This document shows, in pieces, positions 29,353 to 40,369 of a DNA stretch of 64,000 nt. How positions within the stretch are numbered: position 1 is the first letter of the stretch; each line of letters begins with the position of its first letter. The DNA comes from Deltaproteobacteria bacterium. GTDB taxonomy: Bacteria > Desulfobacterota > RBG-13-43-22. The notes under the pieces were generated by a model, which saw only the letters and a list, made by a program, of their open reading frames with translations, was not told the DNA's origin and searched no databases. The stretch lies in assembly GCA_016208255.1 (NCBI GenBank), contig JACQYK010000175.1, positions 3,944 through 67,943 on the forward strand, given 5' to 3'. Position numbers and translations under genes: made by a program.

Positions 29353-30399
29353 ATGAAGAAATGGAAATTTCGGGGATTGGTACTATTGGTAGTCCTGGCC
29401 GGGGGAATTTATCTGGCCCATTATTTTATCCGTTCCCTTTCTCACGAGAAGGTGGACGACGCCCATGTGGCCGGGACTATTGTCCCCATCGCCTCCGAGG
29501 TCAGAGGACGAGTGGTTAAAATTCACTTTAAAGATCACCAATCGGTCGAAACCGGAACCCCTTTGTTCGAAATAGCCCCTGATGATTTCACTTCGGTATT
29601 TCAGGAAAAAAAGGAAACGGTTGCCCGCTTGAAAGCGGAAGAACAGGAAATCAAGGCAGCTATTGAGGAAAAAAAACGGGGTCTTTTACAGGCCCAGGCC
29701 AGTTTGAATGCCAGTCTATCCGAGGAAATTCTGGCCGGTAAAGAATTGGGACGGAGTAAAAATCTGTATAAAGAAGGGTTGGTCACTACCAGTCAATTTG
29801 AACACGCAGAGTCCCTTTTGAATGTGGCCCGGGCCCGAAAAGAAGCAGCGGCAGCGGCGGTGGCCGGAGCGGAAACCGCGATCAAAACCCTGGAGTCCCG
29901 CTTGATCACCCAGAATTTCAGGATCAGGGAGGCCGCCATAACCCGGAGCAGGGCCGAATCGGATTTATCAAAAACGGTGGTCATGGCCCCCATTTCGGGT
30001 ATCATCGCCATGAAAAATATTGATGTGGGGAAATACGTTCAAGCCGGCCAGACCCTGCTTTCCATCATCCAGGAGAACACCTGGGTGGTGGCCAATTTTA
30101 AGGAAACCCAAATTAAAAAAATGGCGGTTGGCCAGCCGGTCCGGATAAAAGTCGATGCCTACCCCGGGAAGATTTTTAAGGGACATGTCGAAAGTCTCCA
30201 ACCCGGTACCGGGTCGGTCTTCAGCCTGCTCCCCCCTGAGAATGCGACCGGAAATTTTATCAAGGTCGTTCAGCGCAGCCCGGTGAAAATCGTTAGCGAA
30301 ACCCCCTTTGACCCTGATTATCCCCTGTGGCCAGGCATGTCCGTTGTTCCGGATGTGGATGTGAGCCGTCAAACCGGTTCCAAACTTACCCAAAAATAG
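29353..30399 (+). CDS. HlyD/EmrA-family membrane fusion protein
   Basis: 348 aa. N-terminal TM helix, a coiled-coil and a barrel-sandwich hybrid pattern (VAPISGIIAMKNIDVGKYV). It lies upstream of an MFS pump. Confidence 0.9.
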   Translation: MKKWKFRGLVLLVVLAGGIYLAHYFIRSLSHEKVDDAHVAGTIVPIASEVRGRVVKIHFKDHQSVETGTPLFEIAPDDFTSVFQEKKETVARLKAEEQEIKAAIEEKKRGLLQAQASLNASLSEEILAGKELGRSKNLYKEGLVTTSQFEHAESLLNVARARKEAAAAAVAGAETAIKTLESRLITQNFRIREAAITRSRAESDLSKTVVMAPISGIIAMKNIDVGKYVQAGQTLLSIIQENTWVVANFKETQIKKMAVGQPVRIKVDAYPGKIFKGHVESLQPGTGSVFSLLPPENATGNFIKVVQRSPVKIVSETPFDPDYPLWPGMSVVPDVDVSRQTGSKLTQK

Positions 30400-30406
30400 A
30401 GATCTC

Positions 30407-31960
30407 GTGGACGAAAAACAGGAAAGTCCGATTCAGAAGTGGATGATCGCCCTGTCGATGATGACCGGCAGCCTCATGGTGGGCATCAACGGCAGTATTG
30501 TCAATGTGGCCTTGCCCCATATGCGGGGAACACTGGGGGCCTCGGTTGAGGAAATTGCCTGGGTCCCAACCGGTTTCATTATCTCCAGCGTCCTCATCAT
30601 GCCCCTCGTGGCCATGTTGAGTTCCCGGTTCGGAAGGAAACGGTTCCTCATTTTTTCGGCCATGCTCTTTGCCTTCTCTTCCATGCTTTGCGGATTGGCC
30701 TGGAATCTGGAATCCCTGATATTTTTCCGGGTTTTTCAAGGGTTAGGCGGCGGCCCCTTGATGCCGCTGGCCCAGGCCATTCTTAGAGAGACTTTTCCTC
30801 CTAAAGAACAGGCCCGAGCTATGGGTATCTACGGGCTGGGGGTTATTCTGGGGCCGGCTTTCGCCCCCACCCTGGGAGGGTGGATAACCGACAACTATTC
30901 CTGGCCCTGGGTCTTTTATGTCAGCGTGCCGGTCAGTATCATCAATATCCTTCTGGTTACCCGCTTCATCAAAGACCCGCCTTATCTTATCCGGGAAAAA
31001 GGAAAAATGGACTTCAGCGGCCTGTTCTTCCTCTGCGCCGGTCTGGGGGGGCTTCAGATCCTGTTGGAAAGAGGCCAGCAGAAAGATTGGTTTTCATCCG
31101 ATTTTATCATCCTGCTGGCCATTGTTTCCGGTTTAGGCCTCATCCTTTTCATCTGGAGGGAGTTGACCACTGATAAACCGGCCGTTAACCTGCGCATTAT
31201 GAAGGACCTTAATTTCACCGCGGGCGCCCTACTGATGGCAGTCCTCAGTCTGGCCTTTATGGGCGGTCTTTTCATCCTGCCCCTCTTTTTGCAGCAGCTC
31301 CTGAATTACCCGGCCTATCATTCCGGACTGGCGGTTCTTCCCAGAAGTATTGCCATGGCCTTCGCTATGCCGGTCAGCGGCCGTCTTTACAATCATATAG
31401 GACCGCGATGGCTGGTCGGAACCGGTCTTTTTGTGGTGGCGGTTTCCTTATACCAATTTTCCCGCCTTTCGCTGGTGGTCGGGTATTGGGATATTTTTTC
31501 CATCCAGTTCCTGCAGGGGGCCGGATTCGGGTTTATTTTTGTTTCGCTGAGCACGGCCTCTCTGTCGACGATCGCCAATCCCATCATGACCCAAGCCACC
31601 GGTCTTTTCAATGTCATCCGCCAGGTATTCGGGAGTATCGGCATTGCCGTTTCCGCCACCCTGTTATCCTGGGGGCAGACCCGGAACCGGTCCGTGCTGA
31701 TAGAACACATTAATCCTTTCAGGGACATCACCGGTGATCTGTTAAACAACCTTTCATCTTACTTTATGTTACGGGGGTTTGACCAGATAGGTGCGGAAAA
31801 ACGGGCCTTAAAATTACTGGAAGGGATCATCCTCCGCCAATCAACTATGATGGCTTATAATTACATCTATCTGATCCTGGCGGTCATGTTCCTGTTTTCT
31901 ATTCCTTTGGTCTTTTTTATTAAAGATATAAGAATTTCCGGTTTTAAGGAGGATTTATGA
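30407..31960 (+). CDS. MFS transporter, DHA2/EmrB type (14 TM)
   Basis: 517 aa. MFS motif A-like LSSRFGRKR, and the length fits a 14-TMS drug/H+ antiporter. Confidence 0.9.
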   Translation: MDEKQESPIQKWMIALSMMTGSLMVGINGSIVNVALPHMRGTLGASVEEIAWVPTGFIISSVLIMPLVAMLSSRFGRKRFLIFSAMLFAFSSMLCGLAWNLESLIFFRVFQGLGGGPLMPLAQAILRETFPPKEQARAMGIYGLGVILGPAFAPTLGGWITDNYSWPWVFYVSVPVSIINILLVTRFIKDPPYLIREKGKMDFSGLFFLCAGLGGLQILLERGQQKDWFSSDFIILLAIVSGLGLILFIWRELTTDKPAVNLRIMKDLNFTAGALLMAVLSLAFMGGLFILPLFLQQLLNYPAYHSGLAVLPRSIAMAFAMPVSGRLYNHIGPRWLVGTGLFVVAVSLYQFSRLSLVVGYWDIFSIQFLQGAGFGFIFVSLSTASLSTIANPIMTQATGLFNVIRQVFGSIGIAVSATLLSWGQTRNRSVLIEHINPFRDITGDLLNNLSSYFMLRGFDQIGAEKRALKLLEGIILRQSTMMAYNYIYLILAVMFLFSIPLVFFIKDIRISGFKEDL

Positions 31961-32598
31961 AGGAGAAAAAACCTGTGGTTATTACCGTATCGAGACAAAT
32001 AGGCAGCGGGGGTTCTTATATCGGCTATTTGGCGGCCAAAGAACTCGGGTTCAACTACATTGACCGCGAAATTTTACGCCAGGCCGCTGAACGTCTGGGC
32101 ACGGATCCCGGGGCCTTGGAATATCTGGATGAAAGATCTCCCGGCCTGATCGAGAAGCTTACCAAAGGGTTTTCTTTCGGCATGCCGGAAATATCCGTCC
32201 CCCTTCCCCAGAAACGAACGGTGGATCATAGGGAATTGTTTGCACTGGAGGGTAAAATCATGAATGAAATTGCCGACCGGTATAATGCCGTGATCGTCGG
32301 CCGGGGAGGATTTTATGCCCTGAAAGATCGGCCGGAGGTGTTGCGGATCTTTATCCATGCTCCTCAGGAATTTCGGGTCAAAAGAATCCTGGAAGCCCAA
32401 AAAAATAACGATATAAAGAAAATACAGGCCAGAGTTAAAGAATCGGATCAGATCCGGGCAAGATTTATTCGAGAAATGACCGGAGTGGATTGGACAGACG
32501 CACGGAATTATCACCTGTGTATCGACTCCAGCAGTCTGGATTTTTCCTCCATAACGGCCATGATCATCAAGTTGGTTGAGCAGAAGAATACCTCTTAG
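31957..32598 (+). CDS. Cytidylate-kinase-like family protein
   Basis: 213 aa. VITVSRQIGSGGSYIGYLAAKELGFNYIDREILRQAAERLG is characteristic of the Cytidylate_kin2 family. The ATGA start overlaps the MFS gene stop. Confidence 0.75.
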   Translation: MKEKKPVVITVSRQIGSGGSYIGYLAAKELGFNYIDREILRQAAERLGTDPGALEYLDERSPGLIEKLTKGFSFGMPEISVPLPQKRTVDHRELFALEGKIMNEIADRYNAVIVGRGGFYALKDRPEVLRIFIHAPQEFRVKRILEAQKNNDIKKIQARVKESDQIRARFIREMTGVDWTDARNYHLCIDSSSLDFSSITAMIIKLVEQKNTS

Positions 32599-32613
32599 GA
32601 ATTCTCGATCCTT

Positions 32614-34856
<2,243 letters not shown>

Positions 34857-34910
34857 CAAACTGTGAAAGTGACGAATGACGAGTTAGGTCATCGTCTGAC
34901 TATTTAAGAG

Positions 34911-34950
34911 AAAAACCCCGGCGGTCGGATGACCACCGGGGTTTTGTTAT
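34911..34950 (+). terminator. Rho-independent terminator after ahcY
   Basis: AAAACCCCGGCGGT-cggatga-CCACCGGGGTTTT followed by GTTATTT. Confidence 0.7.
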
Positions 34951-34984
34951 TTAGTAATACTTTAGACGTATGAAAAGATTTTCT

Positions 34985-35146
34985 GACAGGATAACAGGAT
35001 TTACACGTTTATTACTCAGGCTCCGGTGATACTGAGCACCTTAGCTCCATCCCAGCGGAAGGAAGGGCCTTTCTCCGCAGGATGATTTGGTTTGTGCCTT
35101 TCTTCTGGAAAGGCACAAAAATCCAGGTAATCCGGTAAATCCTGTC
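34985..35146 (+). repeat. Family A element, copy A2
   Basis: GACAGGATAACAGGATTT ... AATCCGGTAAATCCTGTC, with the same internal hairpin modules as A1. Confidence 0.85.
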
Positions 35147-35261
35147 GGATAAAAGATTGGATGTTCAAAGAGCTAAATTGACACGTTATTTATTAGATTG
35201 AAAAAATGAGTGGCTGAATTCGATTTATGATCCCCACTGCTGCTTCAAAGTAAAATCTATT

Positions 35262-35432
35262 TCAACATGGCTCGGAGGCCGGAGAGCAGACCGTAAATCC
35301 TTCACCATACCAGGAATCTTTATAGTCTATAAGAGTTTGATTAAATAGATCTTTCTCCTGTTTATTATAAACGAACTCGATGCCTTGTAAATGCAAGATT
35401 TCATCTTCTTCTCTTGGTTCATCCAGAACCAT
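35262..35432 (-). CDS. Small ORF (56 aa) resembling the C-terminal half of HesB/IscA-like proteins; possibly a fragment
   Basis: My own translation, below the ORF-track cutoff: MVLDEPREEDEILHLQGIEFVYNKQEKDLFNQTLIDYKDSWYGEGFTVCSPASEPC. The LDE...G..FV......L....IDY....G.GF pattern is IscA/HesB-like. The upstream part is AT-rich and does not continue the fold. Confidence 0.3.
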   Translation of the reverse strand: MVLDEPREEDEILHLQGIEFVYNKQEKDLFNQTLIDYKDSWYGEGFTVCSPASEPC

Positions 35433-35617
35433 TGCCAATCTAAGGATAGAAATCAGGTGTTGAACAACTAAATTAAAATAATAATATCAAATAAATATGG
35501 TTGAATTATTTATGGTTGAATGATCAATATTAAAATTTCTTGGTAATTGAAAAGAAACTATTCAATATATTGTTGGGCTGCTTGCCAATACGATTTTGTT
35601 CACGGAGGATGAATTAA

Positions 35618-36184
35618 ATGAGTGAAATTGATAAAGACGAGATTGTTCGCCTGACAGAAGAATATGGAGGACAATGGGGCATCAACCACACACGTCGACT
35701 TTTGGAATTGATTTCAGTTATTGGTAAAGACCGGCAATATAATGCCGAAGTGATTTGGGTTGCAGCTCATTTGCATGATTGGGGAGGCTATCCCAAGTGG
35801 ATGCAAGCAGGCGTGGATCATGCATTACGATCCCGGCAAGTCGCTGAAGGGTTTCTGGTAGAAAGGAGTTTTGCTCCCGAACTCTTGACGCCAACCTTGG
35901 AGTGCATCGAATATCATCATGGCAGCGATCCAACCCGCCGGATAGAAACTATTCTGCTGAGCGATGCTGATGCGCTGGACTTCTTAGGAGTCGTTGGTGT
36001 GTTGCGTGATTTTTCAAAGAAGCCCAGTGATTTACGGAAAGCCTATGAAGTAGTGCAAAACCGAAAAGAGAAGCTGCGCCAGTCCATCTGCCTGGAGACA
36101 TCCAAGACAATCGCAGTGCAGCGATTGGAGAAGATGGAAAGACTGTTGGAAGCTTTTGAAGAAGAAACCTTTGGATACTTCTGA
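35618..36184 (+). CDS. HD-domain phosphohydrolase
   Basis: 188 aa. HLHDWGGY, EYHHGSDP and LSDADALDF form an H...HD...D arrangement. Confidence 0.85.
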   Translation: MSEIDKDEIVRLTEEYGGQWGINHTRRLLELISVIGKDRQYNAEVIWVAAHLHDWGGYPKWMQAGVDHALRSRQVAEGFLVERSFAPELLTPTLECIEYHHGSDPTRRIETILLSDADALDFLGVVGVLRDFSKKPSDLRKAYEVVQNRKEKLRQSICLETSKTIAVQRLEKMERLLEAFEEETFGYF

Positions 36185-36199
36185 GTAACAAGGTGGGCG

Positions 36200-36332
36200 G
36201 CAGCCCAACACAGCCTGCACCTGACTGGCGGGTACGTGCCGCGTTTTCAAGCATTTTCTTGGCTTCAGGCCTATACTGCTCCCAAGCGTTATCTCACCAA
36301 TCCCGCCAGCAGGTAACGCATACCGTTATAGC
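36200..36332 (+). other. attC-like imperfect palindrome downstream of the HD gene
   Basis: GCAGCCCAAC (36200-36209) is the inverse of GTTGGGCTGC (35572-35581). A 12-bp stem pairs 36220-36232 with 36302-36313, with one bulged base (A36224). The structure ends ...ACCGTTATAG (36326-36332). Confidence 0.4.
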
Positions 36333-36349
36333 AAAAGCGAAGAGGAATT

Positions 36350-36900
36350 ATGGATGTTAAACTGATTCCGGTGATTTCAATCATAATATCTGCTTTGGCA
36401 TTTGTCGTGTCCGCTTTGACGGCTTGGGTTTCTTTGTTTCATCGAGGCACGATTAGGATGACCCAACCCACAATATTCTTTTTCGGCCCCGACGGTCTTC
36501 TGATCCTCCGAAGATATTTCTGAGAACCTTGCTCTTTAGCACCTCGAAGAAAGGCCGCATTTTAGAAAACATGTTTGTCAGGCTTCAGAGAGGAGAGTCC
36601 GTGCAAAATTTCAACATCTGGGTATATGGTGATAAAGAAACTCTCGCACGGGGTAGCGGTCTGTTTGTAGGCAGAGAGGGAATAGCCTGCAATCACCACT
36701 TCTTGCTTCCCAAAGACGGCACCAAATATACTTTCCTGCCCGGCGAATATAGTCTGGAGCTCTTCGGCTCATTGCTTGGAGAAGGACGCGCCGTGCCTCT
36801 TTTCGCACAGAAGCTTTTTCTTTCGAAGGAATTCGCTGAAGAGATTAACAACGAGAAATCGGGTATGACGCTTGCTATGCCGCCCTGGCCCAGGATATGA
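36350..36900 (+). pseudogene. Membrane-anchored hypothetical protein split by a frameshift near 36490-36500
   Basis: A 57-aa ORF at 36350..36523 (MDVKLIPVIISIIISALAFVVSALTAW..., one TM helix) continues in another frame as ...SSDPPKIFLRTLLFSTSKKGRILENMF... (track ORF 36529..36900). Confidence 0.5.
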
Positions 36901-37101
36901 AAGGAGTCTGGCTAACCTTTGACTCTAAAGCCCATAAGACGATACAACGGGAGAAGGTTTCCTTTTTTCTGAAAAAGGGCATGCCTCCTTATTGGGCGGA
37001 GGCCTGATAAGATTGGTATGTTTAATGTTTGGTTTTTAATCTTGATTTCTTAATTTCCCCTGAATAGTATGTAAAAAAGTCATTTAACCAGGAGGTGGGT
37101 T

Positions 37102-37371
37102 ATGGATGCTAAACTGACGGTCAAGTCGGTAAAGGGATTTTGCGCGGCCGGATACCAGGTGGGGGATTTTTTTCAGGTCAAAGGCGGGTTGATGATTGAA
37201 GCGGGCAAACCGCAGGGGATTTGTATGTATGCTCTGCCGGCCCTTATTCCTTACCTGACTGCCTATTGCCGCGAAACCTCTCCGGATGATTGGATCAATC
37301 TGAAAAAAGAACTCCAATGCCCGGATAATACCAATACGGTTATTTTCGGATTGGAACGCGTAAAGGGTTAA
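37102..37371 (+). CDS. TIGR04076-family small Cys-containing protein
   Basis: 89 aa. C..G..VGD.F......... P.GIC..AL..L.P......... CPD pattern recalled for TIGR04076. Confidence 0.7.
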   Translation: MDAKLTVKSVKGFCAAGYQVGDFFQVKGGLMIEAGKPQGICMYALPALIPYLTAYCRETSPDDWINLKKELQCPDNTNTVIFGLERVKG

Positions 37372-37406
37372 TCTTGAATGAATCCTAAATAACCGGCACT
37401 TTTTTT

Positions 37407-37500
37407 CGTCATTCCCGAACGTCTTTATCGGGAATCCAGTTTTAAAAAAATGAGCAATCAAAATCCCTGGATTCCGGCTAAGAACTTGCCGGAATGACGG
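37407..37500. repeat. Family C paired hairpin repeat (CGTCATTCC...GGAATCCAG type)
   Basis: CGTCATTCCCGAacgtctttaTCGGGAATCCAG, ~35 nt, then CCTGGATTCCGGCtaagaacttGCCGGAATGACG. The two units are mutually inverted. Confidence 0.75.
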
Positions 37501-37568
37501 ATAAGGAAGCGCATTAGAAAATAACCATCGATAAAATTTTTATCGATGTACATTTAACATGCGATTTT

Positions 37569-39521
37569 TTGATCACTGAAAGGATGAATTCTGTGGAAAA
37601 TGAATATGGTTATGCTGGTAAAATTTTGAGAGTCAACCTGTCCACAGGACAGATCAGCACCATTCCCACAGCCCAATATGCCGACCGTTTTATCGGAGGT
37701 CGAGGCCTGGCCGCCAAAATCTATTGGGACCTGGTGCCGCCGGAAGCGGATGCTTTCGATCCCAGGAATTGTCTGATATTTGTCACCGGACCCCTGGCCG
37801 GCTTCGGCGGCCTGTCCGGATCACGCTGGCAGGTCTGCTCAAAATCACCGTCTGCCGATCCCCATACTTTCAGCTATTCCAATATGGGGGGACACTGGGG
37901 GGCCCAGCTCAAGTTCGCCGGATATGATGGATTGGTGGTAGAAGGGGCTGCCGATAAACCGGTCTTTATGGTGATCGAAAACGGTAAAGCGGAAATTAAA
38001 GATGCCTCTAATCTGTGGTTGAAAACAGCCCTGGAGGTTCGTCAAACCCTCAAAGAGGATTTGGGCCGGGAAGTACGGGTCCTGGCCACCGGGCCGGCCG
38101 GGGATAACCGGGTGGTCTTTGCCGGTCTCCTGGCCGACAATGACGCCAGTGGTTCCAGCGGATTCGGAGCGATCATGGGCTCAAAGAAGCTGAAGGCCAT
38201 TGTCGTTCATGGTGAACAGAGGGTCCGGGCCGCGGACCCGGAAAAACTAAAGGAACTGACCGACTATGTGCGGCAGCTTAAAAAATTGAAACCCGGAACT
38301 CTCGAAAAACTGATGCCGGAGGGCTCCGGGTTGAAAAGGGAGGCCTGTTTCGGTTGTATCGGGTCCTGCATCGGAAGGATGGTGTATCGGGCCGAGGACG
38401 GCACACGGGGAAAGGTCATGTGTCAATCGGGGATGTATTACGCCCGGGCGGCCTGGAAATATTATGGGAAACGGACGGAAGTCCCCTTCTTCGCCAACCG
38501 TATCGCTGACCGTTACGGATTTGACACGATGGTTGTGGATTCGATCATCACTCTACTTTTTAAAGGCCACAGGACCGGTATATTTACGGATGAAAACACC
38601 GGTCTGCCCCTGGCTCAAATCGGCAGCCTGGAATTCATGGAAGCTCTGGCTAAAAAAATTTCTTTTCGTGAAGGAATCGGGGATATCCTGGCCCAGGGAA
38701 CTACCCGGGCGGCGAAAATAATAGGGCAGGGGGCACCGGAGTTGATAGCCGACCAGATTTCTATTGCCGATCATGGTCCGGCTTATTGCCCCCGCATGTA
38801 TATCACCACCGGGATTTTTTATGCCACCGAACCCCGGCAGCCGATTCAAAACCTTCATGCTATCAGCCGTCCCACCCTCAAATGGGTGAGCTGGCTGGGG
38901 GGCAATCCCGATTCCCATATGACCACCGATCTGGTCCGCTGGATCGGAAAGAACTTTTGGGGTGGTGAAGAAGGGGCCGATTTTTCGACTTATGAAGGGA
39001 AAGCGCTGGCGGCCAAAAAAATCCAGGACCGGGAATATGCCAAGGAAAGCCTGATCCTTTGCGATTTCGCCTGGCCGATCACCGATGTGGATTGTTCAGA
39101 AGATCATAAAGGTGATCCTGCAGTGGAGAGTCGGCTTTACTCGGCGGTGACCGGCCGGGAAACCGACGAGGCCGGTTTGAATGAAATCGGAGAGCGGGTC
39201 TTTAACTTACAAAGGGCCATTTTGACCCGGGAAGGGCATGTTGGCCGGGATGCCGACCGGGTCCACGAAATGTTTTACACAGTGCCTTTAAAAGAGGCCT
39301 TCCTGAACCCCGAATGCCTGGTCCCCGGCCCGGGAGGTGAAACGATCAGCAAAAAAGGGGCTGTTTTCGACCGGGAGAAATTCGAGTCTATGAAAACGGA
39401 GTATTACCGGTTGCGGGGCTGGGATCCGGATACCGGACTACAGACCAGGGATAAACTTAATCAACTGGGGTTGGAGGATATCACCGGGGATCTGGCGGTA
39501 AGAAAAGTTTTGGCTGTTTAG
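37569..39521 (+). CDS. aor: Aldehyde:ferredoxin oxidoreductase family (tungstopterin enzyme)
   Basis: 650 aa. AOR N-domain GYAGKILRVNLSTGQIS...RFIGGRGLAAKIYWD and the 4Fe-4S motif CFGCIGSC (CxxCxxxC). The start is uncertain (TTG 37569 or ATG 37584). Confidence 0.9.
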   Translation: MITERMNSVENEYGYAGKILRVNLSTGQISTIPTAQYADRFIGGRGLAAKIYWDLVPPEADAFDPRNCLIFVTGPLAGFGGLSGSRWQVCSKSPSADPHTFSYSNMGGHWGAQLKFAGYDGLVVEGAADKPVFMVIENGKAEIKDASNLWLKTALEVRQTLKEDLGREVRVLATGPAGDNRVVFAGLLADNDASGSSGFGAIMGSKKLKAIVVHGEQRVRAADPEKLKELTDYVRQLKKLKPGTLEKLMPEGSGLKREACFGCIGSCIGRMVYRAEDGTRGKVMCQSGMYYARAAWKYYGKRTEVPFFANRIADRYGFDTMVVDSIITLLFKGHRTGIFTDENTGLPLAQIGSLEFMEALAKKISFREGIGDILAQGTTRAAKIIGQGAPELIADQISIADHGPAYCPRMYITTGIFYATEPRQPIQNLHAISRPTLKWVSWLGGNPDSHMTTDLVRWIGKNFWGGEEGADFSTYEGKALAAKKIQDREYAKESLILCDFAWPITDVDCSEDHKGDPAVESRLYSAVTGRETDEAGLNEIGERVFNLQRAILTREGHVGRDADRVHEMFYTVPLKEAFLNPECLVPGPGGETISKKGAVFDREKFESMKTEYYRLRGWDPDTGLQTRDKLNQLGLEDITGDLAVRKVLAV

Positions 39522-39552
39522 TTCGAAAATATTTAAAAACTCAAAGTCGTTT

Positions 39553-39766
39553 ATCTCTCGCCCGCTTCGCTCGAGAGCGCAGAGGACCCAGAGAGACCAT
39601 TAACAGGTCTGAATCCCTGAGAAGGGGATTAAGACCCCGGACTCAGCCTCCGGTAAAGATCGCAGCAGCGCTGGACCGGTTTTTCATTGCGGTCCTCTCA
39701 ACCGCAATGAAAAAATTAATTCGTCCTCAGTGATCTCTGTGGGCTCTAGCGGAGCGGGCGAGAGAT
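39553..39766. repeat. Family D: 214-bp element bounded by ~24-bp terminal inverted repeats
   Basis: ATCTCTCGCCCGCTTCGCTCGAGAGC (left) versus GCTCTAGCGGAGCGGGCGAGAGAT (right). An internal 8-bp-stem hairpin is CATTGCGGtcctctcaaCCGCAATG. Confidence 0.75.
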
Positions 39767-39777
39767 CGAGCTTTAGT

Positions 39778-39850
39778 TGGGAGTTCGGAGAACCCCAATT
39801 TTCATGTTTCGTGGTGCCCCCCAGGGGCATGAGGGCTTAATACGAAAATA
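39778..39850 (+). repeat. Family B repeat, copy B2
   Basis: GGGAGTTCGGAGAACCCCAATTTTCATGTTTCGTGGTGCCCCCCAGGGGCATGAGGGCTTAATACGAAAATA. Confidence 0.7.
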
Positions 39851-39874
39851 TTTCCGGAAGGGATATGATTTAAT

Positions 39875-40336
39875 ATGGAGAAGAGTATCGGTTTCCTGGA
39901 GGGGGTCAGCGGACATACGTACGATATAATTTACGATCTTCTTTTCACAACGGAAAGGGTCATAGCCCTCAATATCCAACACCCATCCGAGGTACCTTAC
40001 AATTTTGGGGTCAAAGAGTTACTTTTTGGCGGACTGCTGACCAAGCAAAGGGAGCGATTTGATAGGAAGAAATCTGCTGAGGAACGATTGCGCGCTTACG
40101 AGGAAAAGGGTTTTGATGAGTTATTGGCCGGCCATCGTTTCAACTTCGAGATTCCCTACCAGGTGGTTAATTCTGTTGAAGTAAACCGTGGATGGTTTCA
40201 AACGCGTTTGAAATTCCATCTCAACAGTCCATCCCTCGCCGGGCCCACCCTCCATTTCACCCTCACCAAAGATCAGGTTCCCGATGCCCAAAAGCTGTTA
40301 AAGCTGGCCTTGCCTTTAAAGATCAAGGGGAAATAA
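39875..40336 (+). CDS. Hypothetical protein (153 aa)
   Basis: Long ORF with an ATG start and no recognised motif. It is convergent with the PEP-CTERM gene. Confidence 0.55.
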   Translation: MEKSIGFLEGVSGHTYDIIYDLLFTTERVIALNIQHPSEVPYNFGVKELLFGGLLTKQRERFDRKKSAEERLRAYEEKGFDELLAGHRFNFEIPYQVVNSVEVNRGWFQTRLKFHLNSPSLAGPTLHFTLTKDQVPDAQKLLKLALPLKIKGK

Positions 40337-40369
40337 ATCCTTTTGATTAGAATTTACTTTTTGATGGTA

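Noticed and set aside
32596-32598. TAG read-through or pyrrolysine/stop-codon reassignment linking the cytidylate-kinase-like gene to metK' (same frame), and the same for the TAG at 62060-62062 in the PadR remnant
   Set aside because: TAG is used as an ordinary stop at natural protein ends in this window (for example hsdR at 3282-3284 and abiEi at 7945-7947). No pyl genes were seen. A shared frame has a 1-in-3 chance expectation.
35487-35489. In-frame TGA upstream of the HesB-like mini-ORF as a possible selenocysteine codon (HesB-like selenoproteins exist)
   Set aside because: The residues between the TGA and the ORF (YYYFNLVVQHLISILRLA) do not resemble the G-G-U/C-x-G region. The spacing to the LDE motif is too long, and no SECIS-like hairpin is evident in this AT-rich stretch.
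36900-37101. A second attC site after the frameshifted TM-protein gene
   Set aside because: Only weak candidates exist (ATACAAC at 36942-36948; GTTTAAT/GTTTGGT near 37020-37033). The spacer folds as two independent small hairpins rather than one long bulged palindrome.
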